Shown: piece after piece, positions 53,409 through 64,000 of the stretch
How positions within the stretch are numbered: position 1 is the stretch's first letter
Layout of the letters: every line of letters begins with the position of its first letter
DNA from: Octopus sinensis
Lineage: Eukaryota
Direction of reading: 5' to 3'
NCBI RefSeq assembly: GCF_006345805.1
Contig: NC_043003.1
Location: 15,872,001-15,936,000, forward strand
Length of the DNA stretch: 64,000 nt
Notes under the pieces: generated by a model
Told to the model about the DNA's origin: nothing
The model's database searches: none
The model's input: only the letters and a program-made list of their open reading frames with translations
Position numbers and translations under genes: made by a program

Positions 53409-53805
53409 TAGGTGCAGGAGTGGCTGTGTGGTAAGTAGCTTGCTTACCAACCACATGGTTCCGGGTTCAGTCTCACTGCGTGGCACCTTGGGCAAGTGTC
53501 TTCTACTATAGCCTCGGGCCAACCAAAGCCTTGTGAGTGGATTTGGTAGATGGAAACTGAAAGAAGCCCGTCGTATATATGTGTATATATATGCATGTGT
53601 CTGTGTTTGTCCCCCTAGCATTGCTTGACAACCGATGCTGGTGTGTTTATGTCCCCGTTACTTAGCGGTTCGGCAAAAGAGACCGATAGAATAAGTACTG
53701 GGCTTACAAAAGAATAAGTCCCGGGGTCGAGTTGCTCGATTAAAGGCGGTGCTCCAGCATGGCCACAGTCAAATGACTGAAACAAGTAAAAGAGAGTAAA
53801 ATAGT
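53409..53805 (+). mobile_element. SINE family A, full length
   Basis: TAGGTGCAGGAGTGGCTGTGTGGTAAG...GACTGAAACAAGTAAAAGAGAGTAAAA. Confidence 0.9.
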
Positions 53806-54139
53806 ATGACTGTGGTGGTTAAGAAATGCGTTTTACAAGCCGTGTGGTTTCGGGTTCGGTTCCGCTACACGGCACCTTGAGGAAGAGTCTCCTGCTATAG
53901 CCCTGAGGCGACCGATACCTTGTAAGTTAATTCGGTAGATGGAAATTACCTGGAAGACTGCCAGGAATATATATATGTAATTTTTCCCTTGTTTCCGTCA
54001 GGGGCATCACCTTCAAGAATATTTTGTCGAATGAATCGGGCCCCAGTACTAATTTCCTTTTATAGCCTGGCACTTATTTTATCGGTCTGTTTTGCCGAAC
54101 CGCTAAGTGACGGAAATGGAAACACACCAACACCGATTA

Positions 54140-54171
<32 letters not shown>

Positions 54172-54188
54172 CACGCATACACACACAC

Positions 54189-54220
<32 letters not shown>

Positions 54221-56378
54221 CGTGAGTGTGTGTGTGTGTGCATTTGTAAAGCTACAACGAGCTTCCTTCAGTTTCCGTCTACCACATCTAATCACGATTC
54301 TTTGCTCGGCTCGGGGCTATAGTAGAAGACATTTGCCCAAGATGCCGTGCAGTGGGACTGACCCCGAAGCAACATGGTTGCAAAGAGAGTTTCTTAACTA
54401 CATAGCCATGCCTGCGCTTATATCTTGACTTAATAGCCATGCCTGCGCTTATATCTTGACTGAAATGGCAGAATCGTTAGCACGCTGAAAGAAATGTTTA
54501 GTGGCATTTCCCCCGTTGCTACTTTCTGAGTTCGAATTTCTCCGAGATCGACTTTGCCTTTGATTCTTTCAGGGTCGATAAATTAAGTACCAGTGTTTCA
54601 CTGGGGTCAATGTAATCCACTTAAAATTTCAGGCCTTGTAATTTTAGTAGAAAGGATTATTAGTTGGAGAAGCAGTGTCGTTCGAGCGCCGGTCAAAATA
54701 CCTCGTGGTATTTGTTTCTGCTTTTTACGTTCTCCCTTTAAACTTCACCGAGATTCGGTCAAACTGCAACGAATATCGCAAAGCGCTCAATTTTTTACGA
54801 ACACGATATATAATTTGAACACAGGAGATATAATTCATAGCCCTTCCTTTCCAGTCAATAAAATGACCAATATTTGCGAAAGTATTTTCAGTTTCTATAC
54901 AACCGAATGTTTTATAGCGTCTAGTATGTCATATAAAAATGATAAATAACTTGGTAATTGCTATTTTGTTTTTAACAATTGGACAATTTAGTATTTGGTA
55001 GTCTCGATAGAATACATAGATAACTTGTAAGTTAATACACAATTTGTAAGTGTGAGTTACAAAACTGAAACCATTATTAAGGAGTTTGGTTCTTATATGT
55101 TGATATAATTTATTTTTGATTAGTTCAACCTGTTTAAAATATTCTTTATATTCGTTTTTGCTCTCGAAATTGCAATTATTGAAGGATAAAGTACCGAACA
55201 AAAGTGTTGCTTCGAAAATCATATATGAAATAAAACGCTGGCATAATAGAAACTCAGCGACTGTAGTGTTGTCATATAGAAACTTATTCTGTATTTGAAG
55301 CCAATAAAGGATGATTCTCTAGGTGGTGACACAGCTTTCTACATATTATAACTAAGTGTCACTCAGATAATGTGCTACGATCTTAAACAAAGGGATAATT
55401 CAAAAAGTTGTTGCCTACGTGATTCTACGAAGTCAGATGATCATGGCTCACATATTTTTTATTGTAGATCTCCCAAATCAACGATTATCCAGTGCTAACG
55501 ACCACAATTGCAACAACAACATTCTTTAAGTTCTTCTGTTGACAATCGAGTTTAGCATTGTCCATTCTAATCAATTCTGTAAACTAGTATCGAGAAATCA
55601 GTTAATTACAAAACTATATTTAAAAAATAATTGTCTTGCTCTCAATGAGGAAAACCTGGTTAATTGAATAAATAAGTTTAAAGAACCGCCGAAAATACAT
55701 CGGTTCGTATGTGCGCAAGATGAGAGGAATGCATTCAAGAAAAACACAATCATATTTTTTTTAAATCTTACACGGTGGTAACCAGATACCACAAGGAAAA
55801 AAATCAATTCCGGTACTGATTTTAACGTCCCTTGACTAGCAGAATTGAAATAGCATGAGGTAAAACTAAAATAACCAAGCCAATCTTTTTGTTATTCTAT
55901 GACCGAATGGATGTGCATGTAACCACCACAAGCTGCGTAGTGTGCGATATCCTTAGAGTGACGTCTTTGGCATGTTCCTGATCTCTACGTCCTATTTCGA
56001 AACTGGTGTCTTTGAACAATGGCACAGGGTTTAGTACACATAAAATATATAATAGATGGGGCGAGGGATTTGAAACAATTCCAATTGTTAACCATTCAGT
56101 CTGTCCATAATATATTTTTCTAATTTTGGCTCAAGGGCCGCAAATTTTATTGGTAATTATTTCACGGAGCCTGAAAAGACGAACGGCAAAACGGGCCTCA
56201 GCGAAATTTGAACTCAGAACGTAAAGATGAACGAAATGCCACTAAGCATTACGTCCGAACTGCTAACGATTCTGCTAGCTCGCTGGTTTAAGTCTAATTA
56301 AAATAAACCTTTCTACTATAACCACAAGACCTAAGCTTTTCAGCGCGCACAAACACACACACACATACATCGTATATA

Positions 56379-56480
<102 letters not shown>

Positions 56481-56499
56481 TATATATATATATATAAAA

Positions 56500-56660
56500 T
56501 AATTCGCCATTTTCTCTCTGTTTATTTTCTCTTATCCCTTTCTGTTGAAGAGCATAGACTCGAAACGTAAAATATTTTAAAAATTTCCCCAACGCCAAAC
56601 CAATGCACTTACTTGTAGTTCATATACCTCTCTTCGTCTTTTGTCTATATTTTTCAACTA
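56500..56660 (+). mobile_element. Hammerhead-bearing repeat, family D
   Basis: TTT CTGTTGA AGAGCATAGACTC GAAA CGT A AAA at 56539-56572; flanked by (TA)n. Confidence 0.6.
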
Positions 56661-56723
56661 TATGTATACATATATATGTATTATGTATGTATATGTATAT
56701 GTATGTATGTATATATGTGTGTA

Positions 56724-56774
<51 letters not shown>

Positions 56775-57617
56775 GTATGTATGTATGTATATATATATGA
56801 GTAGAATTAAGTACCCAAAATAGTCATAGATGAAAAGCAATCAAGCCAAAGAGACAGCACCACAAATACTCCAGGCAAACGGAGCAACAGTTGGTTGTAC
56901 GCTGGAAGCACGCAATAACCAAATGACTTAAATCACAATAATATCTCGACAAAGGCAGTTCTATAATTGCCATTTCATTGTCTTTATGGATCAAGTTCCT
57001 GTTATTCTTTGATCAAATCATGGCAGAGTTTTATTTTTTATTTTTTTAAAGAGTATTAACCCTATAAAAACTATAAACCTAATTTACCGTTTTACTTCGG
57101 AAAAGAGAACTGTGAATATCAAGTCCTTTACAGAACATTAAGCAGATTATTTACAACAGTTGGTCGGTAATACTTTATATCAAGTCAGGCGGTTCAGTTT
57201 TGGTTTTAGTAGATCCATTATTATCTAGGAAATGGCCAAACGTTTCAAATAGCATCGTATTATGATAACTATTGAAGTTCTGCAGTTCAGAGTTGTTCTT
57301 TAATATTTGATATTGATTGAGAAGCAGAACTGGTATTTCTCCAAGTTCGGTGTAGCGTTGATTTCAGTGTGAGCTGTCCGCGTTTGGTATGACACGTTTC
57401 TGAATAAAAACGGATGCTTGTTAAACACGTTTGTTAGCATGAATTATGTCTCATACGGGAGACTGTCACTATTGTACCAATGCACCAGAAGTATCAAGCA
57501 ATTATATATCGGAGGATTTCGAGCCGCTTTATAACGTGTTCACATGCAGACACATACAGACTCACACATACATACACATCCATTCATCCATCCATCGATA
57601 TATACGTACACACATAT

Positions 57618-57851
57618 AAGGCGGCGAGCTGGCAGAAACGTTAGCACGCCAGGCGAAATGCGTAGCCGGGCGAAATTCGTCTGCCGTTACGCTCTGAGTT
57701 CAAATTCCGCCGTGGTCGACTTTGCCTTTCATCTTTTCGGGGTCGATTAAATAAGTACCAGTAACGCACTGCGGTCGATATAATCGACTTAATCCGTTTG
57801 TCTGTCCTTGTTTGTCCCTTCTATGTTTAGCCCCGTGTGGGTAATAAAGAA
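57618..57851 (+). mobile_element. SINE family B monomer
   Basis: Head GGCGGCGAGCTGGCAGAAACGTTAG through tail A. Confidence 0.85.
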
Positions 57852-57919
57852 ACAGCTATATACGTACACACACACGCACACACATACACACACACTCTCT
57901 CACTCGCGCGTATGCATAA

Positions 57920-58070
57920 ATACATACATACATACATACATACATACATACATACATACATACATACATTACATACATACATACATACATATATACATAT
58001 ATGCATACATACATACATACATACATACATACATTACATACATATATGCATACATACATACATACATACA

Positions 58071-58103
<33 letters not shown>

Positions 58104-58125
58104 GCATACATACATACATACATAC

Positions 58126-58159
<34 letters not shown>

Positions 58160-58458
58160 GCATACATACATACATACATACATATATACATACATACATA
58201 CATACATTACATACATACATACATACATACATATATGCATACATACATACATATATGCATACATACATACATACATACATACATACATACATACATTACA
58301 TACATACATACATACATCATACATATATGCATACATACATAATACATACATACATACATACATCATACAACATTACATACATACATACATACATAGACAT
58401 ACATATATGCATACATACATACATACATACATACATACATACATACATACTATTTGCA

Positions 58459-58491
<33 letters not shown>

Positions 58492-58513
58492 GCATACATA
58501 CATACATACATAC

Positions 58514-58547
<34 letters not shown>

Positions 58548-58641
58548 GCATACATACATACATACATACATACATACATACATACATTACATACATACAT
58601 ACATACATACATTACATACATTACATACATACATACATACA

Positions 58642-58672
<31 letters not shown>

Positions 58673-58683
58673 CATTCCATACA

Positions 58684-58714
<31 letters not shown>

Positions 58715-58725
58715 CATTACATACA

Positions 58726-58756
<31 letters not shown>

Positions 58757-58961
58757 CATTACATACATTACATACATCAATCATACATACATACATACAT
58801 ACATACATACATTACATACATTACTACATACATACATACATACATACATACATTACACATTACATACATACATACATACATACATTACAACTACATACAT
58901 ACATACATACATACATACATCATACATACATACATACATACATACATACATACATACTACA

Positions 58962-58992
<31 letters not shown>

Positions 58993-58994
58993 CA

Positions 58995-59025
<31 letters not shown>

Positions 59026-59129
59026 CATTACATACATACATACCTTACATATATCCATACCATACATACATACATACTACATACATACATACATTACATA
59101 CATACATACTACATACATACATACATACA

Positions 59130-59160
<31 letters not shown>

Positions 59161-59405
59161 CATACATACATACATCATAATACATACATATGCATACATA
59201 CATACAATACATACATACATTATACATACATACATACATACATACATACATACATACACACATACATACATACATGCATACATACATACATACATACATA
59301 CATACATACATACATACATACAACATGCATACATACATACATACATACATACATGCAATCATACACACATATATACATACATACATACATACATACATAC
59401 ATACA

Positions 59406-59435
<30 letters not shown>
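57920..59435. repeat. ~1.5 kb degenerate (CATA)n array
   Basis: Direct inspection; explains the 552, 447 and 328 aa pseudo-ORFs. Confidence 0.98.
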
Positions 59436-59439
<4 letters not shown>

Positions 59440-59791
59440 AATGCATATAGACATATGCAATGCTGAAAATAAATATCAATATAAACATGTACAGTTAATT
59501 AATTCCATACGTAAATTAATATTACGTGAAGTAGGTTGCGAAACAACCGTAACCCTATGAAAGTCACGCGGTTAAATAAATATATATACACCTCTTATAC
59601 GTTTTTACTTTATATACCCACATACTTACATACATACACCTACTTACTTACATACATACACATGCATACGCATACACATGCATACGCATACACATATATG
59701 TGCATATTTCAGATTTCAAGTTCCGGGGTCGATAAAATAAGTACCAGTTGAATACCGGCCCTGCGTCAAAATCCGAAACCAGTATTATTAC

Positions 59792-60340
59792 GACGGCGAG
59801 CTGGCAGAAACGTTAGCACGCCGGGAAATGTGTAGACGTAGTTCGTCTGCCGTTACGTTCTGGGTTCAAATTCCGCCGATGCCAACTTTGCCTTTCATCC
59901 TTTTGGGGTCGATTAAATAAGTACCAGTTACGCACTGGGGTCGATATAATCGACTTAATCCGTTTGTCTGTCCTTGTTTGTCCTCTCTGTGTTTAGCCCC
60001 TTGTGGGTAGTAAAGAAATTGGTATTTCGTCTGTCATTACGTTCTGAGTTCAAATTCCGCCGAGGTTGACTTTACCTTTCGGGGTCGATAAAATAATTAC
60101 AACTTCATCACAAGGACCAATGTAATTGACTACCCTACTCCCATGAAATTTCTGGCCATATGCCAAAATCGAAGCCATTATTATTGTTGTTGGTAAGGCG
60201 GCGAGCTGGTAGAATCGTTACCGCACTGCTTAGCGGCATTTCGTCCGTCTTTTCGTTCTGAGTTCAAATTCCGCCGGGGTCGAATTTACCTTTCATTCAC
60301 TCGAAAGTATAAAATAAGAAGTTCCAGGCCGTGTGGCTAT
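59792..60340 (+). mobile_element. SINE family B cluster
   Basis: Family B bodies. Confidence 0.8.
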
Positions 60341-60685
60341 AGTATTATACACGGGGTTATTATTATTGTTGCTGTTATATAACTGGATGTATGACAGAAT
60401 TGGTAAGTACTGGGTGATGTGACTAGGGGCGGATATTGAACCATAGAATCAAAGGGCGTACCTAATTACCTCAACTATTCACTCTCGATTTACGATTCTG
60501 GTAATGATTACAATATATGGGTGCAGGCGTGACTGGGCTGTGTGGTAAGAAGCTTCCTTCCCAACCTCTTGATTCCGGGTTCAGTTCCACAGAGTGGCAC
60601 CATGGGCAAGTGTCTTCTACTATAGCCTCGGGCCGACCAAAGCCTTGTGAGTAGATTTGGTGGACGGACACTGAAAGAAGCCTGT

Positions 60686-60721
<36 letters not shown>

Positions 60722-60808
60722 TCCGACCTCCACCGTTTGACAACCGGTGTTGGTGCGTTTGCGTCCTCGTAACGCGGCGGATCAGCAAAAGAGATTAATT
60801 AAATAAGT

Positions 60809-61104
60809 CTCCTTTGCGCCATTTTCAAGCCTATCCAGGCTCACAGGCCCGGTTTCCCGGTTTCTATGGCGTATGTGTTCCCCCCAGCTGGACGGGACGC
60901 CAGTCCATCGCAGCGTTACGCAAGAAACAGGAAGAAATAGTGAGAGAAAGTTGGGGCGAAAGAGTACCACAAGGGTCACCACCACCTCCTGCCGGAGCCT
61001 CGTGGAGCTTTAGGTGTTTTCGCTCAATAAACACACACAACGCCTGGTCTGGGAATCGAAACCGCGAGTCCGCTGCCCTAACCACTGGGCCACTGCACCT
61101 CCAC
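60809..61104 (-). mobile_element. SINE family C (tail i) nested in a SINE A copy (60518-61190)
   Basis: 12-bp TSD AATTAAATAAGT at 60797-60808 and 61105-61116; SINE A tail resumes afterwards. Confidence 0.9.
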
Positions 61105-61705
61105 AATTAAATAAGTACCAGGATTAAAAGAAATATAAGCGGTGCTACAGCATGGGCACAGTTTAACGACTGAAACAAGTAAAAGATAAAACCTACCTCC
61201 TTGTATTTATATTAGGTCCTTTCTATTGTCATTTTGGGTTGGGTTGAATATATTTTTAACCTGTAAGGGGTAAGATAATACTCTTTGACAAAATCATGAC
61301 TAATAATGAATTCTATTAAGGGAATCGGACAGCGCATTTAGTCAGGAACCACAATACGTCTAGAGATATTTAGCTATTCCTTATGAAGTAAGCTCAAATC
61401 CCAACAGGAATTACTTGGCTATTTAGCAAGTAATGCAGTCAATTATATTACGGAGCCTCCCGGCAGTTGGTATTATTATTACTATCAATAAGGCGTCGAG
61501 CTGGCAGAATCGTTAGAACAAAATGGTTAGTGGTATGTCGTCCGGCTTTGCGTTCTGAGATTAAATTCCGCCGAGGTCGAATTTGCCTTTCATCTTCCCG
61601 AGGTCAATTAAATAAGTACCAGTTACGTACTGGGGTCAATTTAATCGACTTAATCCCTCTCCCCACCAGATGTCAGGCCTTGTGCCTACAGTAGAAAGGA
61701 CTATG

Positions 61706-61754
<49 letters not shown>

Positions 61755-62319
61755 TATTATTATTATCATATTATTATTATTGAGGCAGCCATGGTTGAAA
61801 CAAGAACAACAAACATTCTTAAAAGGGAAAAGCAGAATGGTCATTCCTTACCCAAGTGACTTTATCTTGTTATGCGCTCATAAGGTAGTTTGATAGTTGA
61901 GCTTTGATTGGCTGTATGCAATTTTTTTCCCACAAGAGTTCCGGACCCCATTTATAAACGGGGTCCGAAAATCTTGTGGGAAAAAATTTCATGTGTCGTC
62001 CAGTGCATACCAACACCTAGCATCGGGCCGGGGAGTATAACATCTAAATCTATGGCGAAAATAATTTCCAGCTTCAACAATTATATGACTTCTGATTCTG
62101 ATAATATAACGGCCCTTGTTTCGCAATGAGAACGTTCCATCCTCGTAGCTACCACGTAATCTGCATTCTTCCGGTTGTTAGTATATCGCATGTCAGACGT
62201 TGATAAGAAAATATATGCGGAGTAGCATAGTCGTTTGAGTTCGTTACACATTTCCGTAAATATGATTTTTACCTACGTTAAAAATAATGTTTATCATTAT
62301 CTATCACTGGCACAAATTT

Positions 62320-63256
62320 ATTTCCTACTCTAGGTACACGACCCGAAATTTTCGGGGAGGGAGGCAGTCGATTAGATCGACACCAGTACGCAACTGGTAC
62401 TCTATCGACCACGAAAAGAAGAGGAGCAAAGTCGACCTCAGCAGAATTAGTACTCAGATCATAAAGACAGACAAAATACCGCTAAGCATTTAGCCCGGCG
62501 CGCTAACGTTTCTTATTTCTTTATTGCTCACAAGGGGCTAAACATAGAGGGGACAAACAAGGACAGACAAAGAGAATAATTCGATTACATCGACCCCAGC
62601 GCATAACTGGTACTTAATTTATTGACCCCGAAAGGATGAAAAGCAAAGTCAACCTCGGCGGAATTTGAACTCAGGGCGTAAAGACAGACGAAATACCTAT
62701 TTCTTTACTACCCACAATGGGCTACACACAGAGGGGACAAACAAGGACATACAAACGAGTCAAGTCGATTATATTGACCCCAGTGCGTAACTGGTACTTA
62801 ATTTATCGACCCCGAAAGGATGAAAGGCAAAGTCGACCGCAGCGGAATTTGAACTCAGAACGTAGCGGCAGACGAAATACCTATTTCTTTATTACCCACA
62901 AGGGGCTAAACACAGAGGGGACAAACAAGGACAGACATAGGTATTAAGTCGATTACATCGACCCCAGTGCGTAACTGGTACTTAATTTATCGACCCCGAA
63001 AGGATGAAAGGCAAAGTCGACCTCGGGGGAATTTGAACTCACAACGTAACGCAGACGAAATACCGCTAAGCATTTCACCCGGCGTGCTAAAGTTTCTTAT
63101 TTCTTTATTGCCCACAAGGGGCTAAACAAAAAGGGAACAAACAAGGACAAACAAAGGGATTAAGTCGATTACATCGACTCCAGGGCGTAACTGGTACTTA
63201 ATTTATCGACCCCGAAAGGACGAAAGGCAAAGTCGACCTCGGCAGAATTTGAACTC
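62320..63256 (-). mobile_element. SINE family B head-to-tail multimer (5 units)
   Basis: ~184-bp period (62698 to 62882); fixed junctions. Confidence 0.9.
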
Positions 63257-64000
63257 CTACGACACGTACTTTTTTGTGAAGAGTATAACGAACTTCACCC
63301 TGATGGCCGTATCATTTGATCAAACTTGAAAGTCCCACACTTTTAAGCATGGAAACCATTTCATATATTTAAAATATTTTTTATTCACATTTATTATTCA
63401 TTCACTCAAAAATATTCTTCTAATGGTCAAGATCTATAAACAATTATTATACAACATCATATTTTTGTACACACACACACACACACACACACATAAATAT
63501 ATTTACACACATACGAGCTTACAAATGCATATATATGTTTATGAGTATCTGTCTATGTATATCTAAGTATATGTGTATCTACATAGCACTTGCTTTTGTG
63601 CGTATGTATATATATCTATATATGTGTGAATGTGTGTGGGTATGTGTGCGTCTGTGCATGTGTGTACATTTATGTATGATTGAATAATGCGTGTGCTTTT
63701 GTATCTGACATATGGACAACTAGGTTATTACACACACACATACACACACACACACATAAACACGCACACATATGTTCCGATTCGCATCTTGTAAAAATAC
63801 ATGTGTAACATTTTGGCCCCTATTGAGTCCTTATCCAATTAATGTACTTTTTATTATACACATGAATAAAAACATTTATCGTATTGCATAAATATATGTG
63901 TGTGTGTGTGAATATATATATATATATATATATGTTTGTACATATATGTGTGTATATATATATATATGTATATATGTGTGTATATATATGCATATATGTG

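Noticed and set aside
54402-54461. 31-bp direct duplication at a SINE A head
   Set aside because: Local slippage duplication with nothing inserted between the copies.
57808-59466. Long ORFs (552, 447 and 328 aa) and similar YIHT/MYVC/ERER/IYIY ORFs elsewhere
   Set aside because: They are translations of stop-free microsatellites with no coding signal.

Overview
AT-rich, repeat-saturated eukaryotic DNA, not prokaryotic. The SINE families and the (TA)n/(CATA)n/(GATA)n load suggest a cephalopod, most likely Octopus (inference). No intact protein-coding gene is supported, and nearly all listed ORFs are microsatellite or SINE read-throughs. The window contains dozens of tRNA-derived SINE copies (at least 4 families), relics of R4/Dong-type non-LTR retrotransposons, a Penelope-like GIY-YIG relic, two deleted mariner transposons, two Helitron-type and one Helentron-type elements, fold-back MITEs, a ~1.08 kb tandem duplication and a 100-N gap. 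The most notable signal is a set of about 10 minimal type I hammerhead ribozyme motifs in about 5 short non-coding repeat families. They include a natural G3:C8 compensatory core swap, a recurrent CUG(U/C)UGA core variant, one copy with a built-in antisense arm, and convergent pairs. A second signal is a SINE family that appears to insert into its own head. All structures were read by eye, with no folding or database searches.
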